NCBI GenBank assembly: GCA_965238175.1
Contig: CBDEGZ010000003.1
Coordinates: 2,368,001 to 2,432,000, forward strand
Source of the DNA: Gammaproteobacteria bacterium
GTDB taxonomy: Bacteria; Pseudomonadota; Gammaproteobacteria; CAJXQU01
Direction of reading: 5' to 3'
Length of the DNA stretch: 64,000 nucleotides
Part shown: positions 11,246-20,543 of the stretch, one piece after another
How the letters are laid out: the number at the start of each line of letters is the position of its first letter
Numbering within the stretch: position 1 is the first letter of the stretch
The notes under the pieces: model-generated
What the model saw: only the letters and a program-made list of their open reading frames with translations
What the model was told of the DNA's origin: nothing
The model's database searches: none
Position numbers and translations under genes: made by a program

Positions 11246-12471
11246 TGTAGAAATTCAGATTTGATCTGACAGTTACCCAATTATCAGTAACCGACTGTCA
11301 GGTTAAGTTTAATTCACAAACTTTTCCTTCCAGATAGCTTGTCCGTCGATGAGTGTTTCCATCGGCGTCCTCCCGCAGCACATTTTGCCTTGGTGAGTTC
11401 GTTGAGTATTGTATTTGAGCAACCATTCGTCAAGGTCGAGTTGCAGTTCATCAATCGATTGGTAAATTTTCTTACGCAAAGCGACTTGATAAAACTCATT
11501 GAGGATCGTCTTATGGAATCGCTCACAAATACCATTCGTCTGAGGTGATTTGACCTTGGTTTTGGTGTGTTCGATATTGTTCAACGCCATATAAAGCTGA
11601 TAATCATGCTGGTCAGCTCGCCCACAATACTCCGTCCCTCTATCTGTCAAAATGCGCAACATAGGCAAACGTTGTTCTTCGTAGAATGGGAGGACGCGGT
11701 CATTGAGCATGTCAGCTGCCGTAATCGGTGTTTTAGTCGGGTACAGTTTCGCGTGAGCGACCTTGCTGTAAGTATCAACAAACGTTTGTTGATAAACCCG
11801 ACCAATGCCTTTGAAAGTACCGACATAGTAAGTATCTTGCGAGCCAAGATAACCAGGGTGTGCCGTCTCTATCTCGCCACAAGCCTCATCGTCGTCTTTC
11901 TTGCGTTCCATCGCCGCGACTTGAGACTCAGTGAGGATCAAGCCTTCACCAGCTACCTTATCAGACAATGCCTTCAGGCGATCTTTAAAGCAAGCAAGAC
12001 CATGACGAAGCCAGATACAACGAACGCCACTGGGTGAGACAAATGTTCCCCGTTTGCGCAGCTCGTTACTGGTGCGCGTTTGACCATGTGCGGGCTCTTC
12101 CAGTGCATACTCGAGCACAACGGTTTCAATAGCCGGGTCGATTCTGTTTTTAAGATTTGGGGTACGCCGATTACGATCAAACAAGGCTTCTACACCGCCT
12201 TCATCAGCCGCTTCTTTGTAGCGATAAAATGTATCTCTGGACAAACCCATCATCTTGCAGGCTTTTGAGACATTGCCGAGTTCTTCAGCGAGATTGAGTA
12301 GACCAACTTTATGTTTTATAACTTTGTCATTAGTATGAATCATGAGAGTTACCTCTTTGTGTTTTGATGTTTACGTTGCAGTTACATCAAAGCGGGTAAC
12401 TCTCACTAAATCAAGCGTCGCTACGCTCCGCTTGATTTAGTGATGTGTCAGATTGGGTCTAAACTTCTACA
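11246..12471 (-). mobile_element. IS481-family insertion sequence, copy 1 (1226 bp)
   Basis: TGTAGAA...TTCTACA ends, 26-bp imperfect IRs (20/26), 7-bp duplication GATTATA at 11239-11245 and 12472-12478. Confidence 0.95.
11309..12343 (-). CDS. IS481-family transposase
   Basis: N-terminal HTH (GNVSKACK.MGLSRDTFYRYK); rve/DDE core (QDT, LTDRGTEY, PQTNGICERFHKT). Confidence 0.96.
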   Translation of the reverse strand: MIHTNDKVIKHKVGLLNLAEELGNVSKACKMMGLSRDTFYRYKEAADEGGVEALFDRNRRTPNLKNRIDPAIETVVLEYALEEPAHGQTRTSNELRKRGTFVSPSGVRCIWLRHGLACFKDRLKALSDKVAGEGLILTESQVAAMERKKDDDEACGEIETAHPGYLGSQDTYYVGTFKGIGRVYQQTFVDTYSKVAHAKLYPTKTPITAADMLNDRVLPFYEEQRLPMLRILTDRGTEYCGRADQHDYQLYMALNNIEHTKTKVKSPQTNGICERFHKTILNEFYQVALRKKIYQSIDELQLDLDEWLLKYNTQRTHQGKMCCGRTPMETLIDGQAIWKEKFVN

Positions 12472-12498
12472 GATTATATTTGTCCATTTTTTCATTCG

Positions 12499-12816
12499 TT
12501 AGGAATTATTGTTTTTAGGTAAATAATCCTCAATTTTTTTCATTCCACCTTTATGTATTTTACCGTTATCAAACTCTGCTCGTATTGCATCTATCGGACA
12601 TACATCAAGAGCACCTTGCACTTCATAAATATGGTTATTTAATGTATCAATATCTAGACATTTAAAATTTGGATGCTTGTCATCGTTATCCATTTTCATA
12701 ATTGTAGGTGCTTCAGTTAGACACAATAGATGATCCATGCACTCGCATTTGTCAACCCAACACTTTTTCACTTTTGTAGGCTTTTGTTTGTTAAATAACT
12801 TGAGAATATTGAACAT
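12499..12816 (-). CDS. Single-cluster ferredoxin-like protein
   Basis: CMDHLLC...AP and distal CPIDAI. Confidence 0.65.
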   Translation of the reverse strand: MFNILKLFNKQKPTKVKKCWVDKCECMDHLLCLTEAPTIMKMDNDDKHPNFKCLDIDTLNNHIYEVQGALDVCPIDAIRAEFDNGKIHKGGMKKIEDYLPKNNNS

Positions 12817-12831
12817 TTCAGTTAAGTCAAA

Positions 12832-13314
12832 CTAATGCTCAACGCCACCCACACCATGAACATGCCCATGTTCTAGCTCTTCTTCTGTCGCGTCACGAAC
12901 ATCGATAACTTCCATATCAAACGTTAAAGTTTTTCCAGCTAGAGGATGATTTGGATCAATATCAACATTATAACGACCTACTTTAACCAACGTCGCAGCT
13001 TTCGCGCCATTATTCGTATTGATCTCAACGGCCATTCCTGCAACTAACTTACCTTTAGTAAGCACATATTTTTTTGGAATACGTCGCGACTCATATTCCT
13101 CTCTAAGACCATAAGCTTCTTTGGGTGGCAAAGTAACGGAGGCCTTACCTCCAATTGATTTCCCAGCCAGTGCTTTTTCTATTCCAGGCATCATCGCATT
13201 ATGACCATGCAAAAAAACTGCCGGAACTGTATCGCGTGAATCTTCGATCATGTCCTTATCTAATTCAGTTAATACATAGTGGAAAGTCACAACTTTATCT
13301 TTTTCTATAACCAT
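12832..13314 (-). CDS. slyD: FKBP-type peptidyl-prolyl isomerase SlyD
   Basis: NHPLAGKTLTF, VRDATEEELEHGHVHG. Confidence 0.93.
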   Translation of the reverse strand: MVIEKDKVVTFHYVLTELDKDMIEDSRDTVPAVFLHGHNAMMPGIEKALAGKSIGGKASVTLPPKEAYGLREEYESRRIPKKYVLTKGKLVAGMAVEINTNNGAKAATLVKVGRYNVDIDPNHPLAGKTLTFDMEVIDVRDATEEELEHGHVHGVGGVEH

Positions 13315-13431
13315 TTTTAATTCCTTAACGAAAAGTTCCTTATTTGATTGCTTGTTTGATTACAATATTAGTTCTGTCTAAATCAAGCTTGTGCAATAAT
13401 ATCAAAATTCGTACCTAATAGATCAAAACTC

Positions 13432-13920
13432 ATGGCCTTCGTAGAAAATCTTAAACCTGAAGAATATCAAGCTGTAATCGGCCCTGCTTTACATGCCGCT
13501 GCCGAAGTTGCCGCTGCGCGTGGAGATCCTGATTTATTTAATGATCTACCATCTATGCTTGCGCTAATGACTTTGACACATGATCTTGCTGATCTATATC
13601 AACATCACTGGGGTGCGCTTGGCCAACTTTCGCCACCTGATGTTTTTGAAGCAGCGCCCATTGCCGCCTGTGTGATCGTTTTACAAGAACAAAAACTTGA
13701 GCATGATTCAATCACAACAATGACTGCCTCATTAGAAAAAGCCAATGTCATACTGAGAGAAGAAAGCCTGCTCGGCATGGAACGTGTCGAAGTACAAAAA
13801 GCCTGGGATGCATTTTTAGAAAAAAATACCGAACTTGCCCATACACATATGAAACAGGCGGCAAGAATTGTTGCTAATATCATCGATACCTGGGAAGTCC
13901 ATAAACAAACAAGCCACTAA
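13432..13920 (+). CDS. Hypothetical helical protein
   Basis: 162-aa ORF co-oriented with the two following genes; no motif recognised. Confidence 0.7.
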   Translation: MAFVENLKPEEYQAVIGPALHAAAEVAAARGDPDLFNDLPSMLALMTLTHDLADLYQHHWGALGQLSPPDVFEAAPIAACVIVLQEQKLEHDSITTMTASLEKANVILREESLLGMERVEVQKAWDAFLEKNTELAHTHMKQAARIVANIIDTWEVHKQTSH

Positions 13921-13938
13921 ATAGTTTAATAATTAAAT

Positions 13939-14511
13939 ATGATAAAAATACTCGCATTCTCTGGCAGTAGTCGTAAAGATTCTGTCAATAAAAAGATGGT
14001 GAAAATCGCTGCCCAAGGTGTTGAAAAAGCTGGTACAGAAGTTACTTACATCGATTTAGCTGATTATCCTATGCCAATCTATAATGGTGATTTAGAAGAG
14101 TCAGAAGGTCTTCCAAAACCCGCTCGGGAATTTAAAAAAATATTAACCGAACACAATGGGATTTTGATCTCAACACCCGAATACAACAGCAATTTTCCCG
14201 CACTACTCAAAAATGCGATTGATTGGGCATCACGATCAGAATCTGCTGATGAAACAAGACTGTCTGCCTATCAAAATAAGTTTGCTGCCATTATGTGTGC
14301 CACACCTGGTGGTTCTGGTGGAATGAAAGGTTTGATGATGCTGAGATTACAACTTGAACATATCGGCGTGATTGTTTTACCGAATCAACAATCACTCTCA
14401 CAAGCACATCAAGCCTTCGATGAACAAGGAAATTTAGTTGATAGTAAAAAACAGCGTGCTGTTAAAAAAGTTGGTAGCGACCTTGCCAACATTCTCAATA
14501 GAACTATCTAA
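13939..14511 (+). CDS. NADPH-dependent FMN reductase
   Basis: ILAFSGSSRKDSVN, TPEYN, LKNAIDWASR. Confidence 0.93.
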   Translation: MIKILAFSGSSRKDSVNKKMVKIAAQGVEKAGTEVTYIDLADYPMPIYNGDLEESEGLPKPAREFKKILTEHNGILISTPEYNSNFPALLKNAIDWASRSESADETRLSAYQNKFAAIMCATPGGSGGMKGLMMLRLQLEHIGVIVLPNQQSLSQAHQAFDEQGNLVDSKKQRAVKKVGSDLANILNRTI

Positions 14512-14516
14512 TAATC

Positions 14517-15485
14517 ATGAAAGTTTTATATCCAGAAATTATTGATCCTATCGTCCATGATGTTAATACGGGAGAGATCCATAACATTTACGTTGAGGAA
14601 TGTGGAAACCCATCTGGTATTCCAATTATCTTTTTGCATGGTGGCCCAGGGTCCGGTTGTCAGCCATATCATCGACAATTTTTTAATCCTGATAAATACC
14701 GCATTATTTTATTTGATCAACGAGGTTCAGGACGCTCAACACCGAAAGGTTGTCTTGAGGAAAATACGACGCATGATTTGATCGCAGATATGGAAGCAAT
14801 TCGTAAATCACTGAATATTGATCGGTGGGTTTTGTTTGGCGGTTCATGGGGAGTCACCCTCGCCCTGCTCTATGCTGAAACCTATCCGATCAATGTTTCT
14901 GGACTTATATTACGTGGGAGTTTTCTGGCAACAAAACGTGATCTAAACTGGTTTTTTGGAGATGGTGTTGGTCGAATTTTTCCGGATGAATGGAACAAGT
15001 TTACTTCGTTCCTGGAAGAAGATAGTTCCGGTATGAATACAATTACCGAGTTTCACAAAATGATCAGTTCAAACTCTAGCGAGGAAAGAATCAAAACTGC
15101 AAAGGCGTGGTCTCGTTGGACAGGTAAGGTTGTCACCTGGACCCTGGCACAACAAAAAGAGGTAGAAACTAACGATCAAAGGCCGGATACAAAAGATCCT
15201 CAAGAATTGATCAAAGAAGTACAACTAGAATTGCACTATGCCGTTAACGAGTACTTCCTCAAACCGGATCAATTAATGAAAAATATTGATCAAATTCCTG
15301 ATATACCTGTAACGATTATTCACGGGCGACGCGATATTACCTGCCCGATGGAATCCTCGTGGCAACTGCATAATACAATCTCAAATTCGCAACTCGTCAT
15401 TCTTCATGAGTCTGGTCATCTAGCCAGCGAACCAGCCATGATAGATGCACTGGTTTCGGCGACTGATGATTTAATTATCCGTTAA
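14517..15485 (+). CDS. pip: Prolyl aminopeptidase (proline iminopeptidase)
   Basis: HGGPG, FDQRG.GRSTP, FGGSWG nucleophile elbow, HGR.D..CP, SGH. Confidence 0.93.
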   Translation: MKVLYPEIIDPIVHDVNTGEIHNIYVEECGNPSGIPIIFLHGGPGSGCQPYHRQFFNPDKYRIILFDQRGSGRSTPKGCLEENTTHDLIADMEAIRKSLNIDRWVLFGGSWGVTLALLYAETYPINVSGLILRGSFLATKRDLNWFFGDGVGRIFPDEWNKFTSFLEEDSSGMNTITEFHKMISSNSSEERIKTAKAWSRWTGKVVTWTLAQQKEVETNDQRPDTKDPQELIKEVQLELHYAVNEYFLKPDQLMKNIDQIPDIPVTIIHGRRDITCPMESSWQLHNTISNSQLVILHESGHLASEPAMIDALVSATDDLIIR

Positions 15486-15487
15486 AA

Positions 15488-17002
15488 TTATTCAATAATC
15501 TTCCAGTTAAGATCAGCAACTTGATTCACAGTATTTGTTTCTATGATATTCGTACCATTGATTCGATATAACAAATTATGACCTGTTATCGCATGGCGCC
15601 AGAGGATGTCATCCTTATAATCACCATTAAAATCCTGTGTTACAGCTACTTTCCAATTTAAATCTGGAAGTACATTCAGTTGTTCATTAACGATAATCTG
15701 AGTTCCATTCATTAGATACATCCAGTTAGTACCTGATGTTGAGTTACGCCAAAGAAGGTCATCTTTACCATCACCATTAAAATCGCCTCCTCCCATGATA
15801 TTCCAATCGGCACCGCTATAAGCCACGTGTTGATCTGTACCAATATAAGACCCAACCATTAGATACATCCATACACGTCCATGAGTCTTATTACGCCAGA
15901 CAATGTCTGCACGACCATCACCATCATAATCACCAGTCTCTTTTATTTCCCAATCTAATGCTGTGAAGGCAATGTGTTTACTTCGTGCTATATTGGCTCC
16001 ATCCATTAGATACATCCAAACCCGGCCATTTGTACGATGATGCCAGAGAATGTCATCTTTTCCATTACCATCAAAATCGCCAATACCCACAACTTCCCAA
16101 TCTCTATCAGCAACCCTATTAACATAAGCATTGTATAGCACGGTAGAACCATTCATAAGATCCATCCGGTTTTCACCCGTCACTCTATTACGCCACAAAA
16201 TATCTTTCTCACCATCGCCATTAAAATCACCCGTTCCTGCCACACTCAAGTCAAGACTTGAACTGGTATTCAAGCTACTATCTGATGTAATTACAGGACC
16301 ATTAAGTGAATAGAATCTTGCCTCTCCTGTGCCAGCGTGACGCCACAGTACTTTTGGAGTCACTAATTGGGGAATAGTCGCACTGATAAGTTCGGCAAAT
16401 TCGGGTTCGTCTGAGTCTGTAGCATCATGCTTAACCGGACCAACACCCGGCGCCAACCAAAGATTAACTACGATCGTGTCAGAATCATCACTTGTAGATA
16501 GAGTAATTCTATAGCTTATATGATAGGTATAATCATAATTACCGGCTCTAACTGCAATATTCTCTTGTCTAATAACATCAGCTTTTGCACTGTAACTCAC
16601 ATAAGCTATCCTACGGTCTGGGTATCTAACCGTAGCAATCCCATATGAAACAAAACTACCACCGACAATGACATTCCTCTCGATCAACTGGATAGGGGAG
16701 TTGAAAACGATAGTATTCGTACCCAAATTGCCTGGGCTTGCTAATTTATGCAATCTCAAACCTTTATCATCATTAGTGTAATATTGGAGGTTGCCATTTG
16801 AGTGCGAAATTGCTGTCGTCTGTATACCGTTAACACTATGCTTTTGGTCAAGTACAGATGTAATATAACTCCCTCTTGAATATTGGTATTCCCACTGAAC
16901 GCCTGTATGCATAGGAAATACTTCTTGAGTGGTTATACTTTGGGCGGGAGTAGTTACTAATAAAGTAAGGTAAGCTAGTAACCGTATAATTCCTTTGTCC
17001 AT
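15488..17002 (-). CDS. Secreted protein with C-terminal FG-GAP/VCBS-type repeats
   Basis: Signal peptide; five D(F/Y)xGDGxxDI/LLWRx repeats about 49 aa apart. Confidence 0.85.
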   Translation of the reverse strand: MDKGIIRLLAYLTLLVTTPAQSITTQEVFPMHTGVQWEYQYSRGSYITSVLDQKHSVNGIQTTAISHSNGNLQYYTNDDKGLRLHKLASPGNLGTNTIVFNSPIQLIERNVIVGGSFVSYGIATVRYPDRRIAYVSYSAKADVIRQENIAVRAGNYDYTYHISYRITLSTSDDSDTIVVNLWLAPGVGPVKHDATDSDEPEFAELISATIPQLVTPKVLWRHAGTGEARFYSLNGPVITSDSSLNTSSSLDLSVAGTGDFNGDGEKDILWRNRVTGENRMDLMNGSTVLYNAYVNRVADRDWEVVGIGDFDGNGKDDILWHHRTNGRVWMYLMDGANIARSKHIAFTALDWEIKETGDYDGDGRADIVWRNKTHGRVWMYLMVGSYIGTDQHVAYSGADWNIMGGGDFNGDGKDDLLWRNSTSGTNWMYLMNGTQIIVNEQLNVLPDLNWKVAVTQDFNGDYKDDILWRHAITGHNLLYRINGTNIIETNTVNQVADLNWKIIE

Positions 17003-17262
17003 TATTATTCTCCATCAATCCTTTAATGTTCTTGGTAATCCTATCACGAATCATCTAACCCGCTTTAAACTGCAACTAAAATTTACAATAGACTCAATAT
17101 CTTTAGTTACATTGAATCATTCTATCGATCAGAGAAAACAACGGCAATTAAACGAGAAAGAATTTAATCAAACAACTCTTACACTAAGTCTCCGAAAAAA
17201 CGGGGTAAAACCATGCCTCGATTTAACATAGACATAAATAATATAGAGATACTTAAGCAGAT

Positions 17263-18003
17263 TTACTCAAGCGGTTTACCATTCAATGACCAATCGTACT
17301 TGACATATCTCACTTTCATTTTTTCATCTCTAAGTAAATCTGCTATGGATTTATCTTCAGCATATTTAGCTAAAAACTTCTGTATAGAACCTGAATCTCT
17401 TTTAAAGTCCTTAGTAAACCAATCAAATATTTTTGAAATATTGGCTCGTTTCTTACTTAAATCAAAGTTATTCTTAAAGTCATTATTAATGAATGTCTTT
17501 GTATTCTTATTCAGCTGTTGCTCTAATTTATCCGCGGTATAAGCTTCAGAGATTAACTTTGGGCAAGATGTTGATGCACAAACAATCGCGAAATGAATAC
17601 GTGCCTCATTAAAAGGAATAATAATTTTTTTCTCTAAGTGATCGAGGCTGACTTCATCACCGGCCAGCTCATAAACTGTTGTCTTAAAATATGTAACCTT
17701 AGAAAAAAAACTTTTCGGACTTAAACCATCAATAATGCCCTTAATCGCAAAGGCATTATAAGCGTTAATATAAAAGGCTAACTTTTCCTTATTAGTGGAA
17801 AAACTATCTGGATTAGCCTTGGCCAAATAATCAAGGTAATCATAAATCCGTTTATCTGCCTTAATCGCTGGATAATCTACCACACCGTTATCCACATGAG
17901 CATTTAATACTTGATCAAATAGATCGTGCCCTGTCCCCGCATAGACTTGAGTGACGACTAGTGAAAAACAAAATAATAGTAAAGTATTAGCAACAAATCT
18001 CAC
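17263..18003 (-). CDS. DUF547-domain exported protein
   Basis: GVVDY, EKLAFYINAYNA, RIHFAIVCASTSCP, SKIFDWF..DF, YDWSLN. Confidence 0.9.
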   Translation of the reverse strand: MRFVANTLLLFCFSLVVTQVYAGTGHDLFDQVLNAHVDNGVVDYPAIKADKRIYDYLDYLAKANPDSFSTNKEKLAFYINAYNAFAIKGIIDGLSPKSFFSKVTYFKTTVYELAGDEVSLDHLEKKIIIPFNEARIHFAIVCASTSCPKLISEAYTADKLEQQLNKNTKTFINNDFKNNFDLSKKRANISKIFDWFTKDFKRDSGSIQKFLAKYAEDKSIADLLRDEKMKVRYVKYDWSLNGKPLE

Positions 18004-18214
18004 TATGTAAGGCCTCGCTTTAGTAAATTAATATACGTTATTTATATCCCTATCCCTACATCATCTAAGCCATTGACTTGTAAATTTGAATTTAGTTCAG
18101 CGAATATTTCTCTACAGCTTGTTTTTTAAAAGAGCCTGAGAGGATCAAAAATAATACTCTACATTTCATAGACAGGTTTCTAAACTATAGCGAAGTAAAC
18201 CCATTCTTTTTGTT

Positions 18215-18940
18215 TTATAAAGGAAAATTATTTTTTAAAAAGTGTAAGGTCGCCTGCCAGTATTCCTTACTATCATCTGATATCAAGGCAGAAGAACCAT
18301 GCTTGCCCACACCTTCTGGTATAAAACCAGTTTTAGTGGCAGTGATAGCATTTGCTATTGCTTTCCATTGCCGCGTTTCATTACGTGCAGCAGTAATAAA
18401 AGTAGGTACGCTAATCACCGCAGCTTGCTTTTGTACCGATAAGTCGCCTTTGAAATACTCGCCGGGTGAAAAAGCCAAGACACCATCAACTTTCGGATCC
18501 TGTCGTCCAGCTAAAACCAATGACAAAGAAGCAGAATAAGATGAACCCCAAATAATAATACGGTCGGCACCAAGTTCATTACGAGCATAGACAATTGCAG
18601 CCCGCATGTCCGGTAAGGCCTTAATATAATCTCGGCCAACATTCGTTTGTGCTGCGGTTTTATTGGTAATGCCGTCAAAACTGCCTCCTGAACGCTGGTC
18701 AATCGCCAGGGCATCGTAGCCCAGTTCGGTCAGGCGCGGGGCAATATTCTGATATTCTCCACGAGAACTACCAGCTTGATGAAACAAAACGATAAATGTC
18801 TTTTTACTATCGTTTTTTTTCGCCCGATAAAGATCGGCAGTGATGATCAATCCGTCTTCAGAAGGGAAGTTTAATGTTTGCTGTGCAATAACATTGCATG
18901 ACAATGTCAGCATTATTAATAAAGAAAATAAAACTTTCAT
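18215..18940 (-). CDS. Exported alpha/beta hydrolase
   Basis: Signal peptide; HQAGSSRGEY, IDQRSGG, WGSSYS nucleophile, HGS. Confidence 0.85.
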   Translation of the reverse strand: MKVLFSLLIMLTLSCNVIAQQTLNFPSEDGLIITADLYRAKKNDSKKTFIVLFHQAGSSRGEYQNIAPRLTELGYDALAIDQRSGGSFDGITNKTAAQTNVGRDYIKALPDMRAAIVYARNELGADRIIIWGSSYSASLSLVLAGRQDPKVDGVLAFSPGEYFKGDLSVQKQAAVISVPTFITAARNETRQWKAIANAITATKTGFIPEGVGKHGSSALISDDSKEYWQATLHFLKNNFPL

Positions 18941-19116
18941 TTTTAATTAGACTCCTCAAAATAGATATTGCGGTGGTGGTTTCAGTAACTAAGACCTGTA
19001 AATTGAAAATAAATTCTTAAAGGACAGGTTTTATTTATTAGATCTATTACTCAAGTAAAATCCAACATATATTGTTATTCTCTATCGTGTTATTCATGCT
19101 ACTGATTTCTTATTAA

Positions 19117-19233
19117 AATCACCTTATTACACCCACTTTTGAAGTACACATTGTCGAAGACACCCCAACAAATGAATATGATCAATCAGTCGATAGAATC
19201 ATTACAGAAAAAAGATTATTGATACCTTGTTAA
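19117..19233 (+). pseudogene. Remnant resembling the C-terminus of 5-formyltetrahydrofolate cyclo-ligase
   Basis: Stop-bounded frame NHLITPTFEVHIVEDTPTNEYDQSVDRIITEKRLL resembles the family tail AF..Q.V..P...HD..VD.I.TE; no start codon. Confidence 0.5.
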
Positions 19234-19348
19234 AAAAATCAAAATCATCAAACGTTTATACTAACTGTATTATTCAGAGTCATAATTTACTTTTAGAATA
19301 AAAGCAAATAACAATATCTAAACATGCTGTTCTCATACATAAAAAGAT

Positions 19349-19900
19349 CTATAAACGCCGTGTATATTCATACATGACAATTGATCCAGCGATGCTGACA
19401 TTCAAGCTTTGTACGTTACCATGTTGCGGAATTTTTATCTTTTTAATCTGAGAATATTGTGCAAGATCAAAACTGATCCCACGTTCTTCATTACCGAGTA
19501 TAAATGCACTTTTAGTGGGGAATTCAATTTCACCTAGTGTGTGATCTGTATCCAGATCCAAAGCAAAAATTTGATATTCCCTTTGAATCAAATCTTCAAA
19601 ACAACTATCAAAATTTTCATGAAAAATAGCTGGGACCTTACGGAAAGACCCTTTTGCCGCAGCAGGATCAAAAAAACCAATGTTAATCAAATGAACTTCT
19701 TGTGCACCGAAGGCTTCCGCACTACGAAATAATTTTGGAACGTTGAAACCTGCTTTTAAGCTATCAAGTATCAGAACAAATTGATGCTTGCCGGGTACCG
19801 CCAACTTATTTTTTATACGTTCTTTTTCATAACGTTTGAGTGCTTTATCGCGTAGTTCTTTACGAGAAAATTCCTGATGATTATCGGTGGACTCAGACAA
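19349..19900 (-). CDS. TrmH/SpoU-family RNA methyltransferase
   Basis: NV..LFRSAEAFG, ILGNEERG, IP..G.VQSLNVS.A. Confidence 0.92.
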   Translation of the reverse strand: MSESTDNHQEFSRKELRDKALKRYEKERIKNKLAVPGKHQFVLILDSLKAGFNVPKLFRSAEAFGAQEVHLINIGFFDPAAAKGSFRKVPAIFHENFDSCFEDLIQREYQIFALDLDTDHTLGEIEFPTKSAFILGNEERGISFDLAQYSQIKKIKIPQHGNVQSLNVSIAGSIVMYEYTRRL

Positions 19901-19904
19901 TAGA

Positions 19905-20543
19905 TTAACTTTTATCTGTTTCTATTTTAACAACGCGGACTAATATCCCAAATAAAGGATGATCAAAATAATGTAGTTCTTTCGATTTCAGACGTCGACT
20001 TTGTTCTAGCTTCACTTCACCAAAAAGACTGTTGAAGCTCAGATCGGCGCTAAAATGCAGGAATCGCTGTTTATGAAGATTAATCGTCCCTTCAAGTTCT
20101 GGCAATTCTATCCACACAGCCGTACTTTTATCTTTATCACGAACTGTTTGATGCCATGCTTTATGATAGAGCACTCGATAATCCACAGTGCTGTTTAATC
20201 TTTCTCTGGTATCTGCAAGTGTCAGCGAGGTCGATGGAAGTTCAACTATCACATTCTCACCACCATCATCTAAAGAAACTGTCTCCAGAATTTCTTTTGT
20301 TGGAAAATCTCCATCTCCTCCATCTCCTCCATCTGCTTCTCCTTCATCGACTTCTAACTTTTGCCATTGTTCATTATCGAGGCCTATTTGATGTGACTGT
20401 TCAAAAATAAGTATCTCAATATCATATTGATCAAATTCATCTTGCGAATTTTCAGGTTCAGCTGCAACACTCGTGGTAATGAAAGAAAGTAAGATACAAA
20501 GTAGTTTTGATGCTTTTATTATATTCATATTAATAATTTTCAT
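19905..20543 (-). CDS. CsiV-like peptidoglycan-associated exported protein
   Basis: Y.IEILIF, YRVLYHKAW.Q, EGTI.L...RFLH, QSRRLKS.ELHYFDHPLFGILV; adjacent to mfd. Confidence 0.85.
   Translation of the reverse strand: MKIINMNIIKASKLLCILLSFITTSVAAEPENSQDEFDQYDIEILIFEQSHQIGLDNEQWQKLEVDEGEADGGDGGDGDFPTKEILETVSLDDGGENVIVELPSTSLTLADTRERLNSTVDYRVLYHKAWHQTVRDKDKSTAVWIELPELEGTINLHKQRFLHFSADLSFNSLFGEVKLEQSRRLKSKELHYFDHPLFGILVRVVKIETDKS

Noticed and set aside
11314-12268. Overlapping alternative ORFs in the IS copies (e.g. 11567..12037 +)
   Set aside because: Shadow frames; their recurrence only reflects the IS duplication.
16995-17542. Short + strand ORFs 16995..17231 and 17213..17542, and similar antisense ORFs across the window
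   Set aside because: No recognisable motifs or RBS, and most overlap well-supported genes on the other strand.
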